DNA of 64,000 nucleotides from Candidatus Woesearchaeota archaeon (GCA_016188265.1 JACPID010000021.1:15051-79050), one strand, 5' to 3'. Shown: positions 28,530 through 39,732, numbered from the stretch's first letter. The notes: generated by a model from the sequence alone, not told the origin. Translations and numbers: made by a program.

Positions 28530-29456
28530 CTATCTTATAATTTTATACTTTGCCCTGTTTTTTTCAACCCACATTATTGCAGCAACACCAGCATGAACTC
28601 TTCCATCATTTAATGTCCAAGGAATTGCTGTTGCTGCATTCAAATATAATTCTCCGCTCCAATTATTTTCAAGAATTGTTTTTTCTGAAAGAGTTACTGC
28701 TTTTGCGCCTGCTTCATGAATATGCCCAAATATTCCAAAAAAGATTTTTTCAGTATTAATAAGCTGTGCTAATTCTTCGCTTCCCACATTTCCTGCGCCA
28801 TATGCAATATCAATAGCATTTTCAGTTTTTCCTTTAGGGGGCGAGTGTGAAACAAGCACTATTGGATCTTTTGCTTTTTTAATTAAAGGTTTTAATATGC
28901 CTATATCTTTTTGAGAAAACACAAATCCATTTGCTACTGTTCTCCAGTTTTCAAAATATCCTGGAACAAATGCAACATCTGCATCATCGCCATCAAAATA
29001 ACGAAAGGTTGTTCCATCAATCACATTATTTTTGTTTACTCTTGTTAAAGCAGAGAAATATGCTTCTTTTGGATCATGATTTCCAGGAATAACAAAAACA
29101 GGAAGACCAGCATCTGCCGCTAAACTAATCAATTGGTAAATTTGTTCTTCATCACTCAACATTTCAGGTGTTTTTCTAAAATGTTCAGCTATATCTCCTG
29201 TAAAAATTATGTATTCTACATTTTGTTTTCTAAATTCATCGAGAAATTTTTGAACTCTGTTAATATTTCCATGAGCATCGCTAATTACTCCAAAAACAGC
29301 CACATTATTAATATCAGGAGTTTTTTGAGCAAAAACAGCTCCATTTTCTTTATATCTCTGATCATTTATTATTCGTTCTTTCAAAGAAAAACAACTAGAT
29401 AAAATAATAAGAGCAATAATCAAATACCACCAATTTTTCTGCATATTTCTTTTCAT
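28530..29456 (-). CDS. Secreted calcineurin-like metallophosphoesterase
   Basis: SDAHG, TGD, GNHD, SHSPP, GHIHE. Confidence 0.9.
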   Translation of the reverse strand: MKRNMQKNWWYLIIALIILSSCFSLKERIINDQRYKENGAVFAQKTPDINNVAVFGVISDAHGNINRVQKFLDEFRKQNVEYIIFTGDIAEHFRKTPEMLSDEEQIYQLISLAADAGLPVFVIPGNHDPKEAYFSALTRVNKNNVIDGTTFRYFDGDDADVAFVPGYFENWRTVANGFVFSQKDIGILKPLIKKAKDPIVLVSHSPPKGKTENAIDIAYGAGNVGSEELAQLINTEKIFFGIFGHIHEAGAKAVTLSEKTILENNWSGELYLNAATAIPWTLNDGRVHAGVAAIMWVEKNRAKYKIIR

Positions 29457-29520
29457 ACTGCGAAATTAAGTTTTTTAAGTTCTGAAGGTTTAAATAAATT
29501 ATGTTTTTTCTCATCAATAT

Positions 29521-29658
29521 ATGAGCAAAAGTATTCCCATTAAACTAATTATAGAAGAACAAAACGCGCTTATTGGAATTTTTATTTTTTTATCAATTAT
29601 TGGAATTGGACTGATAATTTTTCTTCTAGTGAAGAAAGTATTTGAATCAGATCCTTAA
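29521..29658 (+). CDS. Unannotated 45-aa single-TM microprotein (MSKSIPIKLIIEEQNALIGIFIFLSIIGIGLIIFLLVKKVFESDP)
   Basis: Clean TM helix with positive-inside KK; TTTAAATA about 30 nt upstream. Confidence 0.5.
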   Translation: MSKSIPIKLIIEEQNALIGIFIFLSIIGIGLIIFLLVKKVFESDP

Positions 29659-30054
29659 TATAACATCAAGCTCTCTTGCGGTTTTTTTTAAATCTTCAAA
29701 TGTTTGATCTAAATCTTTTTTAACATCTTCAATTAATCTTTCCAGCATATAATCACGCAGAATGTATTTTTTATGCTCTTGAAGTATTAAGCCTGATTCA
29801 AGCATTTTGTTTAAATGATGGACAACAGTTCCTCGACTTAAATTTGTGCGGTCTGCTAATTCATCGCTTGATAATGATTGATTAATTTTAGCAGCTTTTA
29901 CAAATTCTACAAATAAACGAAAACAACTTTTATCTTTATCTCTCAAGTGAAATAAGCCTAAGCTGTTTCCCAGCCACTGCAGTTCTTCATTTATTGAAAT
30001 GTGTTTTGGCTTAATTAATCTTATTATTGTAATTTGTTTTTTAATAATTCCCAT
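29647..30054 (-). CDS. Winged-helix transcription regulator (ArsR-like)
   Basis: LSSDELADRTNLSRGTVVHHLNKMLESGLI. Confidence 0.85.
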   Translation of the reverse strand: MGIIKKQITIIRLIKPKHISINEELQWLGNSLGLFHLRDKDKSCFRLFVEFVKAAKINQSLSSDELADRTNLSRGTVVHHLNKMLESGLILQEHKKYILRDYMLERLIEDVKKDLDQTFEDLKKTARELDVILRI

Positions 30055-30069
30055 TTTTTTAACCTAATT

Positions 30070-30435
30070 TTAACCTAAATAAGCCGGTGGAATTGATTCT
30101 TGTTTTATTATATTTTCAGTTTTCTTTGCAAGTTTTTTTTGTGTTCTCTCTGCCTTAAGCAGTGATTCTGATTTTTTTATTTTACCAAAGTTTGATTCAT
30201 AATTTGATATAACATTTTTTAATACGTCAATTAATGCTTTTGCCTGCCAGGGTTCCATCATAACCACATTATGTATAAGTTGAAAGCTTGGTGTTTTATT
30301 TCTAGGGTCTGAACGTGGAGTTATGCATTTAAAATCAAGGCTTATTTGCAGTGGAGTAAAGTTAATTGTGGCCTCGTGTGCAAAAAATGGTTGGCCTTCT
30401 ACTATGTGCATATTGATTTGTGTTTTTTCTGTCAT
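30070..30435 (-). CDS. DUF3467-like protein
   Basis: FAHEATI..LDF..VMMEPWQAKAL..YESNFGKI. Confidence 0.7.
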   Translation of the reverse strand: MTEKTQINMHIVEGQPFFAHEATINFTPLQISLDFKCITPRSDPRNKTPSFQLIHNVVMMEPWQAKALIDVLKNVISNYESNFGKIKKSESLLKAERTQKKLAKKTENIIKQESIPPAYLG

Positions 30436-30547
30436 AAAAAATAACCTCCGCTAAACTTTTGTTTGATTCATTATAGAAGTTGCAATATTTAAACTTTTCC
30501 AAAATATAAACAAAATATTTAAATATTAGTTCAGTTTACCGTTATTC

Positions 30548-30568
30548 TAGTTGATCTTAAATCAACTA
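30548..30568. promoter_or_regulatory. Inverted repeat TAGTTGAT-N5-ATCAACTA upstream of grpE, candidate heat-shock operator
   Basis: Perfect 8-bp IR between TATA-like TTTAAATA and the grpE start. Confidence 0.5.
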
Positions 30569-30581
30569 AAGTTAAAATACG

Positions 30582-31139
30582 ATGACTAAAAAAACAGAAG
30601 AAAAAGAAAATAAGGCATTTTCAGAAACTCCTGCAAAAGAAATGGAAAACTTAAAGCATGAGTTAAATGAAAAACAAAAGCTTGTTGAAGATTATATAGA
30701 TCATTTAAAGAGATTGCAAGCTGAATTTGAAAATTATACAAAACGTATTGAAAAAGAAAGAGAAGAATTCAAAAAACACTCGACAAATACGTTGATAAAA
30801 AGGTTATTAACAACACTTGATGAATTTGAAAGTGCGCTTAATGCATGCAAAGCAATGCCTGAAGTTGTTCAGGGATTTGAGTTGGTGTATAAGAATTTCA
30901 AAAAAACACTTGAACAAGAAGGTGTGAAAGAAATTGAAGCAAAAGAAAAAAATCTCGACCCTATGCTTCATGAAGTTGTACTTCAAGAAAAAACAAGCAA
31001 ACAAGCTGAAAATACTGTATTGGAAGTTTTGCAAAAAGGATACACTCTTCATGAAGCAGTATTAAGGCCCGTGAGAGTAAAAATAGCAAAATCAGAAGAA
31101 GAAGATAAAAATAACTGTGAGAAAAAAGAAAATGATTGA
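30582..31139 (+). CDS. grpE: Nucleotide exchange factor GrpE
   Basis: RLQAEFENYTKR, DPMLHE, QKGYTL..VLRP. Confidence 0.95.
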   Translation: MTKKTEEKENKAFSETPAKEMENLKHELNEKQKLVEDYIDHLKRLQAEFENYTKRIEKEREEFKKHSTNTLIKRLLTTLDEFESALNACKAMPEVVQGFELVYKNFKKTLEQEGVKEIEAKEKNLDPMLHEVVLQEKTSKQAENTVLEVLQKGYTLHEAVLRPVRVKIAKSEEEDKNNCEKKEND

Positions 31140-31752
31140 AGTAATTTATTGGGATCTTGGAGGAGTTTGTGTTACAGATAATGTTGCGCCAGTATTTGAA
31201 GAATATAGAATTGGTTATGGAAAGCAACAAAAAGAAGCATGGGCTAAACAAAGAGTAGGAAAAATAACTTTAAGCCAATTTTTTGATGAAGCATTAAAAG
31301 GAACTTGTCTTGAAAGTAAAATTCAAGAAATAAAGCAAAGAGCACAAGATATTATTCAAATCCAGCCTAATGGCGCAGTTCCAATTGTTAAACAACTTCA
31401 TGGACAAAAAAAATACAGGCAAGGTGTTTTATCTAATCATTCAATAGAATGGGGAAACTATATTTTAGATAACTTAAGTTTAAGGCAATATTTTGATCCT
31501 TCACTAATAATTGTTTCAGAACAAGTACAAATGTCAAAGCCAGATCCATTGATATTTCATTTAGCTCATAGGCTTGCATTCACAGATCCTGATAAATTGT
31601 TATTTTTTGACAACCAAGAACAAAATGTTGAAGCAGCACGTAAATCAGGTTTAAATGCAGAGTTATTTATTGATACTGATAAAGCAGTTAATGACTTAAT
31701 AAAATATGGAATCAAAATTAAAGATCATGAAGATAAATTAGGAGGTAAATAA
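31117..31752 (+). CDS. HAD-family hydrolase
   Basis: WDLGGV, LSN, KPDP.IF, FFDN. Confidence 0.85.
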   Translation: MRKKKMIEVIYWDLGGVCVTDNVAPVFEEYRIGYGKQQKEAWAKQRVGKITLSQFFDEALKGTCLESKIQEIKQRAQDIIQIQPNGAVPIVKQLHGQKKYRQGVLSNHSIEWGNYILDNLSLRQYFDPSLIIVSEQVQMSKPDPLIFHLAHRLAFTDPDKLLFFDNQEQNVEAARKSGLNAELFIDTDKAVNDLIKYGIKIKDHEDKLGGK

Positions 31753-31753
31753 A

Positions 31754-33592
31754 ATGGGAAAAATCATAGGTATAGATCTTGGAACATCTAATTCAGCAGC
31801 AGCAGTATTGGAAGGAGGAAGGCCGAAAATAGTTCCTAGCGCAGAAGGCGCAAGTTTGTACGGAAAGGCATTTCCATCAATTGTAGCATTTACCAAAGAT
31901 GGACAAGTTCTTGTTGGAGAGCCAGCAAAACGCCAGGCTGTTTCTAATCCAGAAGGAACTGTTATGGCTGCAAAAAGAAAAATGGGAACTAATTTTAAAT
32001 ACAAACTCCATGGCAAAGAATACAGTCCTCAGCAAATATCAGCGTTTATTCTTCAAAAAATAAAGCGAGATGCAGAAGCATTCTTAGGAGAAAAAGTTGA
32101 CAAAGCAGTTATTACAGTACCTGCTTATTTTGATGACAATCAGCGTCAAGCAACTAAAGATGCAGGAACAATCGCTGGATTAGAAGTTGTTCGAATAATT
32201 AACGAACCAACAGCTGCAGCACTAGCATACGGGCTTGATAAATCAAGTAAAGAACAAACAATTCTTGTTTTTGATTTTGGAGGAGGAACCTTAGATGTTA
32301 CAATAATGGAGTTTGGAGATGGCGTGTTTGAAGTTAAAAGCACAAGCGGAGATACAGAACTTGGCGGAACAGACATGGATAATTCAGTAATTAACTATGT
32401 TGTTAATGAGTTTAAACGTGAAACAGGTGTTGATTTAGGTGATGATGCTGTAGCAATGCAAAGAATAAGAGAAGCTGCAGAAAAAGCAAAAATAGAGTTG
32501 TCAACAGTTCTTGAAACAGACATCAATCTGCCATTTATTTCTGCAACACATCAAGGACCAAAACACTTAGTTATGAAATTAACAAGAGCAAAACTTGAAG
32601 AATTAGTTGATCCTATTGTTCAACGTTGTAAGAAAAGCATAGATACTGCACTAAAAGATGCAAGTCTTGCTAAAGGCCAAAATTTAAAAGTTATTCTTGT
32701 TGGAGGGCCAACACGCATGCCAATTGTCCAAAAATATGTTGGACAATGGGCTGGCAAAGCTGAAAGAGGTGTTGATCCTATGGAATGTGTTGCTGCAGGA
32801 GCAGGCATTCAAGGGGGAGTTCTTTCAGGAGATGTAAAAGATATTCTTCTCTTAGACGTCACTCCATTAAGTTTAGGAATTGAAACTCTCGGAGGAGTAT
32901 TTACTAAACTTATTGAGAAAAATACAACTATTCCAACTAAAAAATCACAGATCTTTAGTACAGCAGCAGATAATCAAACAGCTGTAACTATCAGAGTATT
33001 TCAAGGAGAAAGACCTATGGCTGAACATAATAAATTACTAAGCCAGTTTGATCTAGTTGGCATTCCAGCAGCTCCCAGAGGAGTGCCTCAAATTGAAGTT
33101 GCATTTGACATTGATGCAAATGGTATTTTGAATGTTTCGGCAAAGGATAAAGGAACTGGAAAAGAGCAAAGCATCAAAATTACATCACCACATAAGTTAA
33201 GTGAAGAAGAAATTGAAAAAATGAAAAAACAAGCAGAAGAATTTTCTGAAGAAGATAAAAAGCGTAAAGAAGAAGTTGAAACTGTCAATCAAGCAGATAC
33301 GCTGGTTTACACAACAGAAAAAACTCTCAAAGATATGGAAGGCAAAGTTAACCAGAAGGATATTGATGAAATTAAAGCAAAAAGCGAAGACTTGAAGAAA
33401 CTCTTAAAAGAAGAAAAGAAAAATGTGGAAGCTATAAAGAAAAAAATGGAAGAATTAATACAAATAGCCCAAAAAGCTGCAACTGAACTTTATCAAAAAG
33501 CAGCAGCTGAACAGCCTAAAACAGAACAAAACAGCCAAAAAAATGAAGATGTTGTAGATGCTGAAGTTGTTGATGAGAAAAAGAAAAAGTAA
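31754..33592 (+). CDS. dnaK: Chaperone DnaK
   Basis: [32 protein letters not shown]. Confidence 0.98.
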   Translation: MGKIIGIDLGTSNSAAAVLEGGRPKIVPSAEGASLYGKAFPSIVAFTKDGQVLVGEPAKRQAVSNPEGTVMAAKRKMGTNFKYKLHGKEYSPQQISAFILQKIKRDAEAFLGEKVDKAVITVPAYFDDNQRQATKDAGTIAGLEVVRIINEPTAAALAYGLDKSSKEQTILVFDFGGGTLDVTIMEFGDGVFEVKSTSGDTELGGTDMDNSVINYVVNEFKRETGVDLGDDAVAMQRIREAAEKAKIELSTVLETDINLPFISATHQGPKHLVMKLTRAKLEELVDPIVQRCKKSIDTALKDASLAKGQNLKVILVGGPTRMPIVQKYVGQWAGKAERGVDPMECVAAGAGIQGGVLSGDVKDILLLDVTPLSLGIETLGGVFTKLIEKNTTIPTKKSQIFSTAADNQTAVTIRVFQGERPMAEHNKLLSQFDLVGIPAAPRGVPQIEVAFDIDANGILNVSAKDKGTGKEQSIKITSPHKLSEEEIEKMKKQAEEFSEEDKKRKEEVETVNQADTLVYTTEKTLKDMEGKVNQKDIDEIKAKSEDLKKLLKEEKKNVEAIKKKMEELIQIAQKAATELYQKAAAEQPKTEQNSQKNEDVVDAEVVDEKKKK

Positions 33593-33645
33593 ACTACACT
33601 GCCACAACATTAATAAATGAGAAAGCATTACAATATCAATAATAC

Positions 33646-33810
33646 ATGGAAAATACCATTTTTTATTGGGCTTTAGGAATATTAATTGCATCTTACATAA
33701 TTCAAAAATATTTATTATCTAGAAAAAATACAAGCTCCTTGTACGAAAAAGAACTCAATGACATCCTCACTAAAGACGAGTACAAAGTCAAAGGACGTTT
33801 TGAAGAATAA
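33646..33810 (+). CDS. Unannotated 54-aa membrane microprotein (MENTIFYWALGIL...[16 protein letters not shown])
   Basis: N-terminal TM; fills the dnaK-HAD gap; stop overlaps the probable TTG start of the HAD gene. Confidence 0.6.
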   Translation: MENTIFYWALGILIASYIIQKYLLSRKNTSSLYEKELNDILTKDEYKVKGRFEE

Positions 33811-34462
33811 ACTAATAATTTTAGATCTTGATCAGACATTGATTGATCTTGTTGAATTTCATGATGCAGCTTTTTCAAGAGCATTTTTTGATGTATTTGG
33901 AGTAAAAACAACTTTTAAAAAAATAAGCTTTACAGGCAAAACATATCATCAAATAACTGAAGAATTATGCAAGCTTGAAAATATTGATAAAGAAACTGCT
34001 GAAAAAGGAATAGTGAAAGTAATTCAAAATTTCAAGCAATATTTTCCTGAAATTTTAAAAGAAAAAAAAACAGTTACTCCATTGCCAGGCGCAAAAGAAT
34101 TGTTAAAAGCACTTAAAAATTATAATTTAGTCCTTACAACAGCTTCGCCATCTGAAGCAGTGCAACCAGTTCTTGAAAAAGCAAAACTCACTTATTTTCC
34201 AACAATTCTTACTGGAGATAATGCAAATACTAAAGTTGAATTAGTTAAGTTAGCAAAAAAAATAGCAGATCCAAAAAACAAACTTGAAACATTTATAATC
34301 GGCGATTCTATAGAAGACATAAAAGCAGCAAAAATTATCGGTGCAAAAACTATAGGAATAACAACAGGAATTCATTCTGAAAAAGAATTAAAGGAAGCTG
34401 GAGCAGACCATGTATTTCCAAATTTACTTTGTGAAGAAATTCTCAAAATAATAGGTGAATAA
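33758..34462 (+). CDS. HAD-family hydrolase (phosphoglycolate phosphatase-like)
   Basis: LDLDQTL, LPGA, IGDS.EDI; probable start TTG near 33800. Confidence 0.88.
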   Translation: MTSSLKTSTKSKDVLKNKLIILDLDQTLIDLVEFHDAAFSRAFFDVFGVKTTFKKISFTGKTYHQITEELCKLENIDKETAEKGIVKVIQNFKQYFPEILKEKKTVTPLPGAKELLKALKNYNLVLTTASPSEAVQPVLEKAKLTYFPTILTGDNANTKVELVKLAKKIADPKNKLETFIIGDSIEDIKAAKIIGAKTIGITTGIHSEKELKEAGADHVFPNLLCEEILKIIGE

Positions 34463-34464
34463 TC

Positions 34465-35544
34465 ATGAGCAAAGATTATTATGCAATTTTAGGCATTGAA
34501 AAAAATGCATCTCAAGAAGAAGTTAAAAAAGCATATAAAAAATTAGCAAAAAAATATCATCCTGACTTAAATAAAGATCCTGATGCAACAGAAAAATTTA
34601 AAGAAATCAATGAAGCTGCTGCAGTTCTTGCAGATCCTGAAAAAAGATCGCATTATGACCAGTATGGAACTGCAGATTTCAGCCATGGCGCAGAAGGATT
34701 TGATTTTAGAGATTTTGCTTCTGGCGCAGGATTTGATTTTGATGATATTTTCGACCAGTTCTTTTCAGGCTTTGGATTTGGACCTTCCAAAGGATCGCGC
34801 CATCGTGGAAGTGATTTAATGACTGAAGTAACCATTACTCTTGAAGAAGCAGCAAAAGGTGTGAAAAAAGAAATTAATATTCATACACATGTTATTTGCA
34901 AAGAATGCAATGGAGCAGGAGGGCATGGTGTTGAAAATTGTCAAGTTTGCAAAGGTTCAGGAAATATAAAACATGTCAGACGCACACCATTTGGTGTTTT
35001 TTCAACAACAACATCATGCACAGAATGCCAAGGAATTGGAGAATCTTTAAGAGAAATATGTTCTTCTTGCAGAGGCAGTGGCAGAGTTCATGATAAAAAA
35101 AAGCTTGAAGTAAAAATCCCTGCAGGCATTGAAGAAGGAATGAAGCTTCGAGTTGCAAAACAAGGGGAAGCAGGTGAACGCGGCGGAACAAGCGGAGATT
35201 TATATGTTATAGTCCATGTTGAAGAACATAAATATTTTGTTAGAAAAGGAAATGAGTTATTGCTAGAATTTCCAATTAGCTTTGCTACAGCATGTTTAGG
35301 GGGAGAAGTTGAAGTTCCAACAATTGATGGATTAACAAAAATAAAAATTCCCGCAGGAACTAAAAGTGGGAGTATATTAAGAATAAAAAACAAAGGCATG
35401 CCCGACGTACAAACTGGAGAGCTCGGACATGAAAACATAACTGTTATTGTTGAAGTTCCAAAAAAACTTAGTAAAAGACAAGTGGAATTAATTAAAGAAT
35501 TTGAAGAATCACTTGATAAAAAGAAAAAAAGCTGGTTTTTTTAA
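34465..35544 (+). CDS. dnaJ: Chaperone DnaJ
   Basis: HPD J-domain, G/F region, four CxxCxGxG repeats. Confidence 0.97.
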   Translation: MSKDYYAILGIEKNASQEEVKKAYKKLAKKYHPDLNKDPDATEKFKEINEAAAVLADPEKRSHYDQYGTADFSHGAEGFDFRDFASGAGFDFDDIFDQFFSGFGFGPSKGSRHRGSDLMTEVTITLEEAAKGVKKEINIHTHVICKECNGAGGHGVENCQVCKGSGNIKHVRRTPFGVFSTTTSCTECQGIGESLREICSSCRGSGRVHDKKKLEVKIPAGIEEGMKLRVAKQGEAGERGGTSGDLYVIVHVEEHKYFVRKGNELLLEFPISFATACLGGEVEVPTIDGLTKIKIPAGTKSGSILRIKNKGMPDVQTGELGHENITVIVEVPKKLSKRQVELIKEFEESLDKKKKSWFF

Positions 35545-35550
35545 CAATTT

Positions 35551-37473
35551 TTACTTCAACTCAACTTTCAAACCTTTCATCTTTATTAACAATTTTATTT
35601 GTTCTACAAAATCTGCTCTTTTAATTCCAAAATATACTTTTCCATCAAGTGTTCTTACTGCTAGGGTATTTCCAACTTCTTCTTTTTCACCGACTGTTAA
35701 TATTAGCGGTATTTTTTGTAATTGAGCTTCTCTCACTTTTTTATTCATTGTTTCAGCAGAATCTTTTATCTCAACTCGTATTCCAGACTCTTTTAGTTCT
35801 TTTGCAACATCTTGAGCATAGGGTATAAATCTATCTGCAATTGTTAATATTTGAACTTGCACAGGCGTAAGCCATAATGGCAATTTTCCTGCAAAATGCT
35901 CAACTAATATTCCTGCAAATCTTTCAAGGCTTCCAAGTATTGCTCTATGAATCATTACAATTTTATGTTTTTTCCCATCAGCATCAACATATTCTGCATT
36001 AAATCTTTCAGGCAATTGAAAATCTAATTGTATTGTTGCGCATTGCCAAGTTCTTCCCAAACAATCTTTAACATGAAAATCAATTTTTGGCCCATAAAAC
36101 GCACCATCACCAGGATTAAGCTTGTAATTAATTTTTGACTGGTTTAAAGCATCAATTAAAACTTGTTCTGCTTTTGCCCACAACAGTTCATCTCCCAACG
36201 CCTTTTCTGGCTTTGTACTTAACTCAACATTGTAATCAAAATCAAAAGTATCTTTATAAACAAATTTAATAAAATCAATTAAGCTGAGAATTTCCAACTG
36301 TATTTGGTCAGACGTACAAAATATATGCGCATCATCTTGACAAAGCTTTCTCACTCTAAATAAACCGCTAAGAGTTCCTCTTATTTCATTTCTGTGCAAT
36401 GACCCAAAATCAGCATATCTTAAAGGCAGTTCCCTATAACTTCTAACTTTACTTGTATACATAAGCAAGTGCGAAGGACAATTCATTGGTTTCAGTGCAA
36501 ACTCTTGGCCATCTGCTTCAGTTAAAAAAATGTTCTCTTTATAGTGCTGCCAATGCCCGCTTTTTTCCCACAATGCTTTATTAAATATTTGAGGAGTAAA
36601 AACCTCGCTATAACCTCTTTTAAAATATTCTTCTCGTAAAAAATTAACAAGTTCATTAATAATAACAGCGCCTTTTGGATAAAAAAAAACACTGCCAGGA
36701 CTCCAATCATGAAACATAAATAATTCAAGTTCTTGGCCTATTCTGCGATGGTCTCTTTTTTTAGCTTCTTCTAAAAAATTCAAATATTCATCAAGCTGTT
36801 TTTTTGATGGAAAACTTGTTCCATAAACCCGCGTCAATTGTTTATTCTTAGAATCTCCCCTCCAAAATGCCCCTGCAAGCTTCATTAATTTTATTGCTTT
36901 CATCATACTTGTACTAGTAACATGCGGTCCCTCACACAAGTCTTCAAAATCACCTTGCCGGTATGTTGTTAACTTTTCTCCTTTTTGCAGAAAATCCTCA
37001 GCCAATTCTTTTTTGTAAGAATTGCCTGGAAATAATTTTTTAATATCTTCCAAAGAAACTAGTTTTTTCTCAAAATAAAGATCAGCTTCAATTATTTTCT
37101 GCATTTCTGATTCAATTTTTGGAAAATCTTCAGGAGTAATATTTAAATCATCAAAATCATAATAAAAGCCTTCATCAACAGGCGGCCCAATTGTATTTTT
37201 TGCATTAGAATATAATCTTTTTATTGCATGTGCAAGAACATGCGCAGACGAGTGCCTGAATGCATATTTTCCTTCTTCATCTTCAAAAGTTAAAATTTTT
37301 ATTTTAGCATCCTTTTTAATAGGAGCATCAAGGCTCGTTATATCATCATCTATTTTTATGCAAAGAGCTTCTTTTGCTAATTTATGGCTTATGCTCTTAG
37401 CAATTTCTCTGCCAGTCACTCCTTTTTCAAACTCCTTCTTTGACCCATCTGGAAAAGTTAATATTACAGCCAT
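35551..37473 (-). CDS. thrS: Threonine--tRNA ligase (bacterial-type, TGS + SAD)
   Basis: RHSSAHVLA, DLCEGPH, RDHRRIG, KPMNCP, GAFYGPKID, GSLERF. Confidence 0.97.
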   Translation of the reverse strand: MAVILTFPDGSKKEFEKGVTGREIAKSISHKLAKEALCIKIDDDITSLDAPIKKDAKIKILTFEDEEGKYAFRHSSAHVLAHAIKRLYSNAKNTIGPPVDEGFYYDFDDLNITPEDFPKIESEMQKIIEADLYFEKKLVSLEDIKKLFPGNSYKKELAEDFLQKGEKLTTYRQGDFEDLCEGPHVTSTSMMKAIKLMKLAGAFWRGDSKNKQLTRVYGTSFPSKKQLDEYLNFLEEAKKRDHRRIGQELELFMFHDWSPGSVFFYPKGAVIINELVNFLREEYFKRGYSEVFTPQIFNKALWEKSGHWQHYKENIFLTEADGQEFALKPMNCPSHLLMYTSKVRSYRELPLRYADFGSLHRNEIRGTLSGLFRVRKLCQDDAHIFCTSDQIQLEILSLIDFIKFVYKDTFDFDYNVELSTKPEKALGDELLWAKAEQVLIDALNQSKINYKLNPGDGAFYGPKIDFHVKDCLGRTWQCATIQLDFQLPERFNAEYVDADGKKHKIVMIHRAILGSLERFAGILVEHFAGKLPLWLTPVQVQILTIADRFIPYAQDVAKELKESGIRVEIKDSAETMNKKVREAQLQKIPLILTVGEKEEVGNTLAVRTLDGKVYFGIKRADFVEQIKLLIKMKGLKVELK

Positions 37474-37525
37474 ATTAAATCTAAAATATAACATATATTA
37501 AAATGTTATTAGAATTTTGCTAATT

Positions 37526-37636
37526 GTCAAGAACTACCTGCTAAAGTAAATAGCGTGTAGTTCTTGATCACAATCGAAAACTGCTCGTCATTATCTACAG
37601 ACTAAAGATCTGTAAAGTTATTCAAGAGCAGTTTTC
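37526..37636 (+). mobile_element. Hairpin element family 3, copy a (IS200/IS605-end-like, non-autonomous)
   Basis: TCAAGAACTAC/GTAGTTCTTGA IR; homologous to the reverse complement of 41859-41924; second hairpin GAAAACTGCTC/GAGCAGTTTTC. Confidence 0.65.
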
Positions 37637-37648
37637 TATGTCTAAAAA

Positions 37649-38116
37649 TCATTCTTTTAATTTTTCTTTTATAACATCTTTTAGTTTTCTGACATATAAT
37701 TTTGTTTGTAATTCTATTTCTTTAAAATCTCTTTTATTGATCTTCTGACCATAATACTGTATTCCGTTTCTTTTGGTTCTGATTTTTTCAAAAAAATTCC
37801 AATTAAAATCAAGCGCTGAATGATTAACACATAAGTATGCAAAAAGACATAAATGATTAAGAGAACTAATCCCATCAAATCTTAGTAAAGCATCAACAAG
37901 CTTATGCAATGCATCATAATATGAAGTATAAACATTATTCCATAAAATACTCTTATCATCTAAACCATTCATTATTTTATTACCCGCTTCAACATCCCCT
38001 TCAGCAAAATCCAATAAAGCTTTAACGCTCTCAATATCTATTTCTTCAAGATGATTTATTTGCCCTTTAACACTACATTGTTCAAAACACTCTTCAGCAG
38101 TTCTAAACTCAATCAT
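37649..38116 (-). CDS. HEPN domain toxin
   Basis: YYDALH, RTKRNGIQY Rx4-6(H/Y) motif; paired with MNT. Confidence 0.8.
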   Translation of the reverse strand: MIEFRTAEECFEQCSVKGQINHLEEIDIESVKALLDFAEGDVEAGNKIMNGLDDKSILWNNVYTSYYDALHKLVDALLRFDGISSLNHLCLFAYLCVNHSALDFNWNFFEKIRTKRNGIQYYGQKINKRDFKEIELQTKLYVRKLKDVIKEKLKE

Positions 38117-38667
38117 ACTAAATTTTTCACCTCGACAAAATCAATATTTCCTTTAACAAAATTCCCCCTAATAATATTTTTTATTAACCCATCACTAAAT
38201 TTTTTTAAATCATTTTTACCACAACACTCAAATAATTGTATTTCTCTACCTAAAATTGATTCATACTTCCCGAGCTTAAAACCATCAGCGCTACCATAAA
38301 CAAACAAATCAATATCACTATTGCTATGCCAATCAGAACGTGCAAAACTACCAAAAATAATAACTGTTTCTGCTTTAGGCAAACTCATCAAATGGTTAAG
38401 AAAACCTGTGATGTAAAAATTTTGCAGAGTATATAATCTTTTTTTGTTCTTGTAAGCAGGATTAGAAAAATCGCCAATATAATAAGGCATTCTTTTTTTT
38501 TCTTTAACTTTTTTAATTAAACTTTCACTGATAAATCTATTAAGCCATTTGTTAACCTTATCTCTACTTAAACCTGATTTTTTGACAATTTCTTCAAAAT
38601 GCCAATGCTTAGAACCTTCATTAAAAAAAAGCTCTAAAACATTTTCTTCTTTACTAGGCAAACCCAT
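38113..38667 (-). CDS. HTH + minimal nucleotidyltransferase (MNT) antitoxin
   Basis: FGSFARSDWHSNSDIDL. Confidence 0.88.
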   Translation of the reverse strand: MGLPSKEENVLELFFNEGSKHWHFEEIVKKSGLSRDKVNKWLNRFISESLIKKVKEKKRMPYYIGDFSNPAYKNKKRLYTLQNFYITGFLNHLMSLPKAETVIIFGSFARSDWHSNSDIDLFVYGSADGFKLGKYESILGREIQLFECCGKNDLKKFSDGLIKNIIRGNFVKGNIDFVEVKNLV

Positions 38668-38817
38668 AATAGTATCTTTAAAAGGGATTATTATTTATAA
38701 ACTTTTCTAGTTTGTTTGTAAAAAAAAACAAAAAATAATTCATTATCACTCCTTTTAGCTATTAAGATAGATTTCACAATCACCAGTTTTATAAATTAAA
38801 AAAAGAATAATTATGTT

Positions 38818-39723
38818 ATGAAAGCATTAGTTACTGGCGGTACTGGTTTTATTGGATCAAATCTTGTTCTTAAACTTCTAGAATACAATTATGAAATATT
38901 TGCAACAGGCGGTGATAGAGAGCAAAAGTTTAATGAAAAGGTCAACTATCTAGGCCAAAACTTTTCAAATTTAGATTTGAAAAAACTAGGAAAACTGGAT
39001 TTTTTATTTCATCAAGCTGCAATAAATGAAACCACTTTATTGGATAAAGAATTAATGTTTAAAATTAATGTTGAAGAACCAAAAATATTGTTTAAAGATG
39101 CTGTTAATAATGGGTGCAATAATATTGTATACGCATCATCAACTGCAGTTTATGGCGATGTTACGCCTCCTTATGTTGAAAATATGCCTGTAAATCCGTT
39201 AAATCCTTATGGAGAATCTAAAAAATTACTTGATGATTTTGCAATGGAATTTGCAGAAGAGCATAAAAATGTTATTATTGTAGGCTTGCGTTACTGCAAT
39301 GTTTATGGCCCTGGAGAAGCTCATAAAAAAAAACGTTCCAGTATGATTTATCAGCTTGCGCAACAAATGATTAAAAGCAATCCTAAAATTTTTAGATGTG
39401 GAGAGCAAAAAAGAGATTTTATTTATATAAAAGATGTAGTTAGAGCAAACCTTCTTGCAGCTAGATCTAAGGAAAGTTGTGTTGTAAATTGTGGCTATGG
39501 AAAAGCAACAAGTTTTAATAATATAATTTTAATTTTAAATGAAGTCTTAGGAATGAATAAAAAACCAGAATACATTGATAATCCTTATGAATCAATGTAT
39601 CAAAACCATACTGAATGCAGTATGAGTTTAGCAAAAGAAAAACTAGGATTTGTTCCTCAATTTGATATTAGAGCTGGAATTAAGGATTATTATAATAGTG
39701 GTTTTTTAGCAAATAATAGCTGA
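38818..39723 (+). CDS. NAD-dependent epimerase (ADP-heptose 6-epimerase-like)
   Basis: TGGTGFIGS, YASS, YGESK, LRYCNVYGPGE, RDFIY. Confidence 0.9.
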   Translation: MKALVTGGTGFIGSNLVLKLLEYNYEIFATGGDREQKFNEKVNYLGQNFSNLDLKKLGKLDFLFHQAAINETTLLDKELMFKINVEEPKILFKDAVNNGCNNIVYASSTAVYGDVTPPYVENMPVNPLNPYGESKKLLDDFAMEFAEEHKNVIIVGLRYCNVYGPGEAHKKKRSSMIYQLAQQMIKSNPKIFRCGEQKRDFIYIKDVVRANLLAARSKESCVVNCGYGKATSFNNIILILNEVLGMNKKPEYIDNPYESMYQNHTECSMSLAKEKLGFVPQFDIRAGIKDYYNSGFLANNS

Positions 39724-39732
39724 GGAAATCTG

